DNA of 27,016 nucleotides from Catajapyx aquilonaris (GCA_000934665.2 KZ538274.1:62001-89016); one strand, 5' to 3'. Counted from the stretch's first letter, positions 12,925-23,362 are shown. Notes: generated by a model not told the origin, from the letters alone. Numbers and translations: made by a program.

Positions 12925-13189
12925 GCAAGTGCCACAAAGACACAATGAGCACTCTCAATGACAGTCATATGTAGCCTACTCATTACACCTTGCAGAATGA
13001 TGGTGCATCTTATTGGTCTCTGGACATCACCTGCCTGATTCTGCCAAACCAACAACCACTTTGGCCTCATCCTAATCAACTTCTGGAATCAAGCAATGTG
13101 AGGTGCTGTCATCCTCAGATGACTCAAATCTTCTGTTGCCATCTACTATCCTGGCAGACCAGACATGGACATGGTAAGCATTACACTTG
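12925..13189 (+). repeat. Local duplication, copy A (paralogous to ~17318-17571), containing a frameshifted exon-like unit at 12996-13173
   Basis: Co-linear direct similarity: caaagac(a/g)caatgagcact...caatgacagtcatatg...tacaccttgcagaatgatggtgcatct...ggcagaccagacatggaca..gtaagcattacacttg. Confidence 0.88.
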
Positions 13190-13417
13190 CTCAGAAAGAA
13201 TGGTACGTCTCTACATGGAAATAGTTCATCCTGACTGTCAAGGGCCAGGTTTTGTCCGCCGCCACTAAACTTAATGCCACTCAATATCGCACGTCAAACA
13301 GCGGACAGGTGAAAATGTCTCACTTGTGAAGGTGTCATGTAAGCAAGAGTGGTAACCTACTGAGGCAGCATGATCACTGGCGTCGCAATCTTTGTCGCAT
13401 ATCTTTATGATCGTCAC

Positions 13418-14562
13418 CAGGGCCGGCCCTAGGTGGGTGCAGGGCCTAGGGATAGAACTGAATGCGGAGCCTATTCTCAGTGACAATTTCTGTACGACAT
13501 GAATTGCGTATCCAACAATTTTGTTGACTGACTTTCTATAATAACATACAACTGAGGGGCGTAGGCAGAAAAATTTCGGGTGCTGGCTCATAAGAAGTAG
13601 AGGGCGGGGAGCAAGTCCGCCACAGGCGAAATTTTTTGGGGGGTTCAAGGTCACACAAGCTTAATACTATAATTTTTTTCAAAATCAAAGAGTTCATTAG
13701 CAATTATGAAAAAGGTGAAAGAGCCTCATCGAATAGTCTCTTTGAATATTCTCCAAAAAATTGCTGTGTGTGTGTTTCATTTGGGTTTCAAAATGTTGAT
13801 TTCCCATAAGCAACCATTGCAGGATTCCACCTTCCTTGAATATTCTCCGAACTCTTGAGAGTGGAGAATTTTTTTTTTTATAGTCACCTCTTCATTTATT
13901 AATGAGAATAATGACGGTTATGTGTGCTTACCTGCTTATGGTGGATGGTCTAAATGTTTCGCTACACGAAAGTCACTTTCCTAGCTTTCCTGGCCGCAAA
14001 TGACTCAATCAAGTCTTTGTAATCGAGGGAAGAGGCGGTCCTTTTCGATGGATAAAGTGGCAAGTGCAGTTAACCTTTCTTGTGACATTGCGGATCGCAA
14101 ATAGTTTTCGATTAGCTTTATCTTGGAAAAACTTCTCTCGGCATTGGCAATGGTAACTGGGACAGTCAACAAAATTCTGTAAGCTACAAAGGTATTAGGA
14201 AAGGAATCAGAGAGAGTCCGAAGATACTGCAGAACTTGCATTGCTGTGGTTATGTCAGACATTAGGGAGGGAGACCCCACTGAGGGAGAAGCAAGGGTGC
14301 CTCGCTGCACTTATCGAAGGCGAAGGCTCGCACATGTTGTTATCAGATAACCTAGTTTAGGTTGGGGATTCCTTTTTACCAGACGTGTTCGTTTCAAGAA
14401 TCTGGCATATGATGTAGGAAGGATTTGTTATTTTTTTTATTTTTTAGTAGGACAATGAAAGAATGACAATATGCGAGGATTTCTCAGTTTTGTACAATTC
14501 CGTAAGTTGCCCGTTGCCATCCCAAGTGCGAGGCCTTTTGCCCCCCCGGAGGGCCACCTCTG
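13418..14562 (-). mobile_element. Internally deleted hAT transposon (1145 bp)
   Basis: 8-bp TSD atcgtcac at 13410-13417 and 14563-14570; imperfect 13-bp TIRs cagggccggccct / agggccacctctg; internal hAT dimerisation-domain remnant. Confidence 0.92.
14005..14260 (-). pseudogene. hAT transposase C-terminal dimerisation domain fragment (ZMYM1-like family)
   Basis: FPNTFVAYRILLTVPVTIANAERSFSKIKLIENYLRSAMSQERLTALATLSIEKD matches the hAT dimerisation motif; the catalytic core is missing. Confidence 0.9.
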
Positions 14563-15402
14563 ATCGTCACGACAACTGGTGCAATATATGGATATTGTTG
14601 TGGGTCATGGGTAACACACGGCGCTGGAATACACTTCCACATCAGGCGTTAAATACAATGTGAGTGGCTTAATTTTGCCAACTGACTCCTATTTTCGTAC
14701 TGCTTTCTGGTCTTTAGAAATTTTCCAAAAAATTGCCAAGCCACATTACGCGATGTTTCATATGTGAATAGGTTAAGTTGGCGAAATTAAGCCACTCACA
14801 TTGTATTTCACGCCTGATGTGGTAGTGCATTCTAGCGCCGTGTGTTACCCATGTCCCACAACAATATCCGTACGCCGATGCAAATATTGCACCGGTTGTC
14901 GTGATAATCATAAAGATATGGTCAACGATTGCGACGCCAGTGATCATGCTGCCTCAGTAGGCTACCCCTCTTGCTTACATGACACCTTTACAAGTGAGAC
15001 ATTTTCACCTGTCCGCTGTTTGGTGTGCGATAATGCGTGGCATTAAGTTTAGTGGCGGTGGACAAAACCTGGTGTTACTTATTCTTCAACGAAATGTGAC
15101 AGTGGAGCTGATACATGTTGGTTGCACAGTATCGGTCCCATTCGTGGTCCCATTAATGCCAAATGGTCAGCTTCTAGAGATGGTGATGGTGTTGTGACAC
15201 TTTTCTGCCACTTGGGAGGAAGGCAGAGGCAGGTGTGATTTTGTGAAGATCAATAATCATAAAGATTATATTTGTTTGGCATGGACATAACTGCAACGGG
15301 CATTGAGCAATAATCTCGTCAATTCAATGTACGGCGCTTCAAGGCTATCCAAAATGCCCCGACCTAGCTTTAACCTCTCAAGCTGGCATTAATCAGGTCT
15401 GG

Positions 15403-15749
15403 GAGGCGGAGTGGTGCTGCGGTAACGTATGCGCCCACGGATGTTAAGGTCCCGGGTTCGATCCCAGCCCGGGGACACCCCCTTCATCTCGTGCAGAGTT
15501 CAGGGTCACCTCTGGCTTCGTCTCGGGTGGTATTTCCACAGACTGAACCACCCGGGGGAGTTCACTAAAAATGGCCACATTAAGACATTGCACTGCACCT
15601 TGCACATCCCCTCCTGTCATCCTGCCCGTGGGCCCGGGCGATTCGCTCAAGGTTCCAGCATTGTACTGCATTGTACTTCCAAGTATAATAAAGGTCCGTG
15701 CCGCATACCCTATAAAGGGTCAGGCACTACCCAAGGATTAAGGATTATA
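15403..15749 (+). mobile_element. tRNA-derived SINE (second family)
   Basis: A-box-like ggcggagtggtgctgcgg, B box gggttcgatccc, tail aggattaaggattata; 16-bp TSD cattaatcaggtctgg at 15387-15402 and 15750-15765. Confidence 0.88.
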
Positions 15750-16015
15750 CATTAATCAGGTCTGGTCTTGAGCGGCGGGGGTTGTCTGCCCCACCTTACT
15801 ACCCCCTGCTGCCCCTTCCATGTGTTGCGGAGAAGCCCTCGACAGTCACGATTAACAATTTCCATGTAGAGATGTACCATTCTTTCTGAGATGTACTGTA
15901 CCTTGTAGCAATGATGGTCAATACAATCATGGAAAAATGTCTCTTGATGCTAAATTTTTTGTGTTATGGCTAACAAGTAAAATCAAGAGTGGTAAAATAT
16001 ATTCTTGGAAAGTTA

Positions 16016-16778
16016 CGTAGGTTGTTTCATAAGTCATTGTGTGTATTTTTTAATTCAAAAACGGTAACACATACAGAGATGAACTTTGCTGAGTTTTGAA
16101 GCTCTGTCGATTACAATTTGATCTCTCATATAGATGTCGCCCATATCGCAAGGAGGCAGGGAAACAAAAAGGGATCATGACCCGACACCGCACCATCACC
16201 CTAAGATGGCTCCAGCCTGATGTGCTTGGAGCTGTTGGACGCTGCATGCGAGACACCCGGAGATGAACAACACTGGAGCTTGCGTTTGAGTGTGGGGCAA
16301 GTCACAGCACTATGCTTAGGACACTGAAAGAGGAAGTTGGCATCCTCACTGGTTCCTCACCATCTCTTTGAAGTGCAACAGTGCCACCATTTTGCCTTCC
16401 GCTTGGTACTTGGTCGCATTGAGGGCAATGTTTTTTAAAAATCAGATTGTTGATATGGATGACACATGGATCTGGCCATAGTTCTCTGGCTTGTCCCATA
16501 CTCGAAAGCAAGCTCCAGTGTTGTCCATCTCCGAGTGTCCTGTATGCAGCGTCCAACAGCTCCAAGCACGTCAGGCTGGAGCCGTTTTAGGGCGATGGTG
16601 CGGTGTGGGGGGTCACGATCCCCTTTTGTTTCCATGCCTCCTCGCGATATGGGCGACATCTATATGCCAGATCAAATTGTAATCATCCAGAGCTTCAAAA
16701 CTCAGCAAAGGTCATCTCTGTATGTGCTGCCGTTTTTGAATTAAAAAATACGCGCAATGTCTTATGAAACAACCCACG
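16016..16778. mobile_element. Tc1/mariner-like MITE with ~300-bp inverted arms and a ~150-bp spacer
   Basis: TA|cgtaggttgtttcataag ... cttatgaaacaacccacg|TA; arm 16016-~16318 is inverse to ~16472-16778; TA duplication; absent from the paralogous duplicate near 17830. Confidence 0.88.
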
Positions 16779-16831
16779 TATTATGGCAGTGTGTGCCAAA
16801 CAGATGTTATTATCCAGAAATCATTATGCTA

Positions 16832-17010
16832 GGGGAGGTGGAGTGATGCTGCGGTAGCGTATGCGCCCATGGGTGGAAGGGTCGCAGAGTCTCCACCCTT
16901 CATCTCGTGCAAAGTTGGGTTGTCTCTGGTTTTCATCTCAGGTGGAATCTCCGATGCTAGACTAATCCACCTGGGGGAGTTTACAAATTGTACCGTTTGA
17001 GACATTGCTC
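16832..17010 (+). mobile_element. Degenerate copy of the 15403 SINE family
   Basis: gggaggtggagtgatgctgcggtagcgtatgcgccca...ccttcatctcgtgca...ccacctgggggagtt...gacattgc aligns with 15401-15590; B box deleted, 3' end eroded. Confidence 0.8.
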
Positions 17011-17317
17011 ATTGCAAGTTTATATTTCAAGTTTGTGCTTTGAGTCTTAGAAGAGTATTAATGTCATGAGCCTTGAATTGTTAGGTCCGCTTCTGATAAA
17101 GTTACCAGTCATTAGTTGCCTAGTGTGATGTCAGTACTATCAGCTCTTGGTACTATACTAAGGCTGAGTACGAATGATAACATTGCAGGATTTGAAGTAC
17201 AGTGGTTCATGACATAGCCTATTCACTGCCCACAATTGCTGACAAAGATGTTGATCTTGCAGAAGTTCATCCAGTCTCCTTTATGTGAAGGTTCTGGGTT
17301 ATTTGCGAGCCTCAAAG

Positions 17318-17990
17318 TTCGCAAAGACGCAATGAGCACTTCCAATGACAGTCATATGACATATACTCTTTACACCTTGCAGAATGATGGTGCATCTGAT
17401 TCAAGGTCTCTGGACATCACCTGCCTGATTCTGCCACACCAACAACCACTTTGGCCAAATCAACTTATGCAATCAAGAGGTGAGGTGCTGTCATCATCAG
17501 ATGCGGGAAACCTTCATTTGCCATCTACTCTCCTGGCAGACCAGACATGGACAAGGTAAGCATTACACTTGTACACCTCATATGTAGCACAGCTTTCCAT
17601 ACTAAAGGCAGGCAATGAATCTGGAAGCTAGCGCTTGGTCAGTGAGAGCATTGTCGAGTTACAGTACAGTTAGTTACAATCCAGAGACATTTTCAGTTGA
17701 AGGTTAAGGAGAGACTCCTAATTGCAGTGTTATTGATCATATAATCATGGAAAAACGTCTTTTAATGCTGCATTTTTCTGATGCAATATATTGTATTTGC
17801 TAGGGCTTGGAAGTAAAGTAGGGCTACATTCTTTAAAAGAGTTTGTGCCAAAATGATGTTACTTTCCAGCAATTATTATGCCAGTTAATTTTGAAAGCTT
17901 CTTGTGCTTATTTCGTCACAAGCCTTTAGTTGCTTGTTGCACTGATGATGCCAGTTGTATTAATAGTTTCCTAGTGTGATGTCAGTACCT
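17318..17990 (+). repeat. Local duplication, copy B (insertion-free paralog of 12925-17140), with an intact exon-like unit at 17383-17555
   Basis: Blocks match in order: 17318-17571 with 12925-13189; 17745-17778 with 15924-15960; 17843-17881 with 16792-16829; 17963-17988 with 17113-17138. Confidence 0.8.
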
Positions 17991-19117
17991 GTATTCTGAG
18001 GCTTAATAAATTATTTTGGGGCGATTTCAAGAATTTGTGACGCTAAGACAGGAGCTACTATCACATGCAGTGTCATTTGGGCATCAATATGTCAGTTTGT
18101 AAACAAATCAAATTTATACATACAGGGTGTTTCTTACTAGTGTGGCCAATGGCAGTCAGCGTACTCCTTGGGCCAAAACAAGTCGAAAATGTAGGGGAGA
18201 AATTCACAAATGAATAATAGAAGTCATACCTGGATCCATGGCATTCATTTCAGTGAATTCGACAATTAAGTCTAAGGAAAGGTTTTTTGACTCATCTGTA
18301 GAACTGATTAATTCCTGAGATCTTGATTGTGATAACGTATCAGGAGTTGGAAGTTCCAGACCTGGCCTATCATTACAGAGGTTTAACAACATTGTGGTGA
18401 TCACGGTCTTAGAAGGATAGGTCGGGAAACTCCCCGCCATCTTGCGATCCGTTACTCAATCCCGCCGTGGCGCTGACTGGAGGTGGCCATGATGTGACCT
18501 GGACCGTGGACCTGGATCGTGAACACATCCATATTGCGGCCATCTTGGTATACGCTATCGGTAGTAATCGGGAGGGGGGTCGCTGATAAACCTAGTAATC
18601 GGGAGGAGGGTTATGGCGAATGGAGTTGTTATGGCGAATGAACGACACGCACAGCGAGATTCCATTGTTTTTACTAGCGCCGCTGCGGGAAGGAATAACG
18701 GATCAGCCTTTTCCATTGCGCTGGGATAGAAGTGTCTAGGGGCTGGTGGTGATTGACCAATATGCCTCAAGTTTGAAAGTTATATGTAGCCTTCTGCATA
18801 TCCAGTAAAATTCATTCACAAAGTAATCCCAATTAAATTCTCCATCTGATTCTAATTCATACTATCTTTTTCCATTTTTAGATTGGCAGCCTTGAAAGCA
18901 TTAACTGCTTTGTACATCCTGAAAAAGATGGAGCAGCAATCAAAAGAGCAGCTATTATTGTGGACCTCTTTATTGCATCTGGAAAGGATCAAGCAGCCTG
19001 ATGCATAACTGTTCTTTTGAAGTCTGGAAAAGAGCAACAATCAGAACAACTGTTATTGGGGATTCATCTTTATTGCTATTTTTGTAAAATGTATATTGGC
19101 TGTAAGAAATAAAGAAA

Positions 19118-19355
19118 CAGTGCATCAAAGTCTCTCCTCCTCCACCTACTGATGGCTGGGGAGAGGCTTCGATGGATGGGGCCCATGGGCAATGTAAGCT
19201 ACGCTGCCTCCCCTTCCCCTATCCTCCCAGGGCTGGCCCTGGGGGGATAGGGCAAGGAGAGAGCAACGTAACTTACATTGTCCCATGTGCACCCCCATCC
19301 ATCGAAGCCTCACCCCAACCAACAGCAGGCAGAGGTGGGAGGGACTAAGGCACTG
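19118..19355. repeat. Nearly loop-less palindrome (~115-bp arms, centre 19234-19235), probable MITE
   Basis: cagtgc...gaggcttcgatggatgggg...caatgtaag...ccctatcc.cccagggc|tg|gccctgggg.gataggg...cttacattg...ccccatccatcgaagcctc...gcactg; CAGTG/CACTG termini but no TA duplication. Confidence 0.85.
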
Positions 19356-21112
19356 GAGTGAACAAATGAGAGAGACTCACTGGACTCTGAAAAAAGTTTA
19401 CAGGAAAAAAAGGGAGGAGTCAACAAGATAGGCGCCAGCGGACTTTGCGAATGCAGGGGCGGCCGGGGCCGGCCGAAATTACGCCCGGACGACCCCGGCC
19501 TTTTTTCGACGACTAAAACTACGATTTTCGGCCTGCAAGTTTCCCCCCTTCAACATCACACACCAAGATTTTCTTGGTGTGTGACATCAAAGGGGGGGGA
19601 GCCTAAATGCAGGCAGTAAATCTTCCTCTTCAACATCATGTGCCAAGAAGTATTAGCACATGATGCCAAAAAAGGAAAGATTTGGGGGTAAAAGGAGGTA
19701 GGAGATTAGGCATACAAGGGAAAGGATGCTGCTGATGACTGGCACCATCTGGGCTGCAAATGACTGGAAAGAGAATAAAACAGGGAAACAAGAAAAATTA
19801 TGCTGATCATTTCAGTCAGGACTGGCTCCAGGATGGCAGCAGGCTGCAAATTACTTGACCTGAAAAGACAACAAAAATAAGTTTCAATTGGAAAACATAC
19901 AATTAGAAAATGCTCAATGCAATTACATGGAAATTGAACTTGCTAAAATCAGCACTTAACACAGCTTCCTGCACACATCATACATACATACATACATTTC
20001 CTTCACTGCATATTCCCATCAAGATGGGGTTACCAGCGATGACCAGGTAGGATTGCACACATCAATTAGACAAATTTTAGCACCCTGATATGGAATTGAT
20101 ATTTACCAGCCATACAACACGAAAAAGCAGCTTAATTTACAAGGTTTCATCCTTTTCCAACGAGAGCAATGCCAAAGAAACTGATAAGTGGAAATACTGC
20201 ATACGCCTCAGGGGTTCCCAACAATGTTTTACTGATCTACTTATCAGAAACAAAACAGGGTGCCAAGGCAATGAGCAATTCCACCTGCAAAGATTTCGAG
20301 CTCAGCACAAAAGGTTTCCCCAAATTTCCCCCGAGAAAGCAGAAAGATACATTCAGAATAATGTCATTTTATTGCTGTCAGGTAATTCTCTCACTAGTCA
20401 ACATTGCACAGGAGCAAACACTCCATGCAACTGCATTGAGACCTTGATCTTTCTGGTGATACTGACCTATGGCAACGTCTCATTATCGGCATCCTCCTCT
20501 GGTGACAGCTGCCCTGGAAATCACTGCTGCTTTTCCTCCAAGCAAAAGAAATCTGAAAGAGACAAAGTATATGAAAATAAATTCAGGAGAAACAGTTAAC
20601 ATATACAATGGAGCTGTGGTTATCCAACACCATCTCTCCAGGTCTTCCCTCCAAGTGTAGAATCAATGAGTGCAACATTGACTTTCTGCACTTGGCCGGG
20701 CTAGAGGCTCCCTATCAAATGACATTTGGCACCTCAATTGAGATCTAGATAGATCATGTCACATTTTAAACTGTGCATGGATAATTCCACCAAAATATGA
20801 AAGAAAAATAGAGCTCACCAAGTACACTAATGTTGGCATCGGAAGTCACTCGAAGAACCATAATTGCGCTGGGGGCCGGCGATGAATTGACCATGTCAGT
20901 TGCTGGAGTGTCTCAGCGAAATGAGTTGTCCATCGCAGCAGTGAAGTCATATGGTTGAGGCTGCTTCTGCAAAGGGCGGATTGTATTAAGTAATAAGATC
21001 AAAAAAGTCACTTGAAATTAAAATAATTTTACAGAGCAATTAAATCATGTAACACATTCCCTGTCCTCCAGTTTGCCAATAAATGCATTATGACTTGTTA
21101 AAATTTCACTCA

Positions 21113-21424
21113 AAAATTTGTGAAAAAATATATTCTTTGAGTAGTGAACAAGTTGATAATATATTTGCAAATTTTTGCATTTTGAAATGGCCACAGCATG
21201 CACTAGGAACCTTCCAGAATTATTAAGTTTTTCAGACAATAGTAGACAATGAATATGTAGGCCTAACTTTTAAAAAATAATTGGTCACACATTGTCTGAA
21301 AAACCAAATAATTCTGGAAGGTTCCTAGTGCATGATGTAGCCATTTCAATTACAAAAATCTCAAATTATCAACTTTCGAGCCCTGGTTTTCACTACCTAG
21401 AGGATATATTTAAAAACAATTTTA
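21113..21424. repeat. Old AT-rich inverted repeat (eroded MITE); best core 21176-21240 versus 21291-21358
   Basis: gaaatggc.aca.catgcactaggaaccttccagaattatt...tttttcagacaat is inverse to attgtctgaaaaa...aataattctggaaggttcctagtgcatg.tgt.gccatttc; weaker similarity extends outward. Confidence 0.8.
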
Positions 21425-22289
21425 TGGAATTATGAACGTCCAATAAAAATAATCCTGTCACACTGCAAAATCAATCTTTTTTACAATGCCCAATTTGAGT
21501 CAAATAATTAACTGAAATCTAACGAGTTCAATTCTAGTGGAACCTCATGACTACCCTTATCTAGTAGGGTACAATGGGCCAGCTCGGCTGAACATGTCAG
21601 TTGCCAGTTTTGGTTAATTATTATGACTCGAAAAATGGGGCATAATCATTGCAAATGCTGCAATAAAAATTTCCACACATTCCAATAGCCTCGTAAAAAA
21701 TTCGCAAAATTTCAAACCCTGATTTTCACCAAGGCAACAAAAAATTTAGTTTCATTATCTACAATCCCCACTGGAAAAACACATGAATTGGCAAGACAAT
21801 TGATCGTGGACGAGGTCAGAGGGTGTTTGTCAGGTATAGGGTACTCACCAGGGTTGTAGCTAATGGTGGTCGTCTGGTGCTTCATGTTGACAATGCAGCC
21901 CGAGGACCATTTTGACAGTCAGGGTCGATGGAGACATCTGCAGTACTCGATCCCAAAAGCCTATCAGTGTGGCCTCCTAGAATACAGTGCAATGCATGAT
22001 GGTCAATTTTTGTTTTAAAATCAGAATGAAGATAATATCTACATATTGAACGAAGGTCAACTTTCGTCACACAAAAATCATTCCTTCTGGACGTAATTTA
22101 ACCCTGTCTAACCTGTCGGTCCTATTGGAATTTTGGATTAATTAATATTACTGCATGGCGATACATTTTAATTCGGAGCTGACATTACTCCAACCCCTGT
22201 ATGGAACTGGCTGCGTTTCACTGGCTCGATGTCGATGTCGAATTAGAATCTTTGACAAAATTAATGGTGAACGGAATGAACCTAATCCA

Positions 22290-22310
22290 CCCCNNNNCCC
22301 CCCCCCCCCC
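22290..22310. other. Four ambiguous bases (nnnn, 22294-22297) inside a poly-C run
   Basis: cccc nnnn ccccccccccccc. Confidence 0.95.
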
Positions 22311-23362
22311 AATAACTAAAAACCCCGTTTTTTCTCCCAAAATGAAGGCGAGTGCACAATAAACAGAATGCATTTATTAGAGACGATTATCTTTCAGTGC
22401 AATTCGATCCCATTTGACTGGGGATACTTATTTTAATATTAAGTGTACTTAATGACCATCAGAAAAATGGCAATTAGTTTGCAATTAGTCACGTCACACA
22501 TACCGGTACATCCACTTGTTGATGCTGTCTCGTTATTCCACCAGGTACAGTACATCCACCTCTCCTTCCAAGTCAAGGCTATGACTGGTCGCCATTGGCA
22601 CAGGCTGCACCCACCCGTGGTATGGATTATGGGATTACACACCGGGAGATGGCACTACTTACAGCTGCCTGCCTGCCTCATCAATATCTTACAAAATCCT
22701 TACCCGGTTTTTTAAAATAAAAATAAAAAATAAAATAAAATAATAAAAAAACAGTATGTAAAACATTTCTGAGGTACTACACATTTTATTTTTCTCTCTT
22801 TTTGGGATGTTTGCATAAGATAAGTCTCCACATAGAAAAGTATTGTCTCTCTCAGGAAGGGAAAGAAAAGTTCAATGTGAAGTAATACAATGCATCTACA
22901 GCTACCTGCTGAACTGTATCTCCAATGATATTTTGCAGCTTTCCTCAATATCACATTCCAACACTTGCATTACCATTAATATTTTAAAATGGCTTTTCAC
23001 CATTTTCCATCCAACTCGTTGGCATTCGCTTCTGTACATGATTCAATTATTGAACTTTATTTACATGTGAAATAAAATCTGGGGCATACATAGTGTACAT
23101 TTCAAAGCACTTAATGGAGGATATAAATGGGTAACTTTTCAAGTAACCCTCTTGTTACTACAGTAGTTCAGCATATTTTTTTCCCCCTGGCTGTACATTT
23201 GATTTGCTACGATATTGCAATGCACTCTAAGTTATTGAATATCTTGCTGATTCCAAACTAAAATAATGTATGGATCATCAATAAACACATGCCATACAGT
23301 ATATGGTACTTTCTACAGTACAAGCCAGTTACTGTATCTGCAATAAAATAAATTGTATATAT

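Larger units (their letters stand above)
13245..15072. mobile_element. Foldback-type element with ~280-300 bp inverted arms, left arm split by a hAT insertion
   Basis: 13245-13417 is inverse to ~14900-15072 and 14571-~14682 is inverse to ~14777-14900; removing 13418-14570 restores a continuous palindrome with a ~95-bp spacer; termini ccaggttttgtcc / ggacaaaacctgg. Confidence 0.85.
13190..15890. mobile_element. Non-autonomous TIR element (outer layer of a nest), possibly CACTA/EnSpm-like
   Basis: 56-bp inverted arms 13190-13245 (ctcagaaagaatggtacgtctctacatggaaat...) and 15835-15890 (...atttccatgtagagatgtaccattctttctgag); absent from the paralogous site near 17571. Superfamily assignment is weak. 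Confidence 0.65.

Noticed and set aside
16050..16744. Mirror-image ORF pairs with similar peptides (also 13271-13654 versus 14801-15046)
   Set aside because: By-products of the inverted repeats, not genes.
17943..17999. Box C/D snoRNA (tgatga...ctga)
   Set aside because: Only about 57 nt, no clear terminal stem, no recognisable rRNA guide, and the boxes are not preserved in the paralogous block near 17093-17140.
18121..18150. Isolated Tc1/mariner-like ends (tacagggtgtttc here; ttttgccccaccctgta at 12842-12858)
   Set aside because: No matching partner end found in the window, so no element can be delimited.
18495..18642. Short doublet repeats (acctggaycgtg x2, gtaatcgggagg x2, gttatggcgaatg x2) as a CRISPR-like array
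   Set aside because: Only two units each, different motifs, eukaryotic context; most likely slippage duplications or TE subterminal repeats.
20090..20599. 169-aa plus-strand ORF
   Set aside because: No recognisable domain and random-looking composition; probably a chance ORF.
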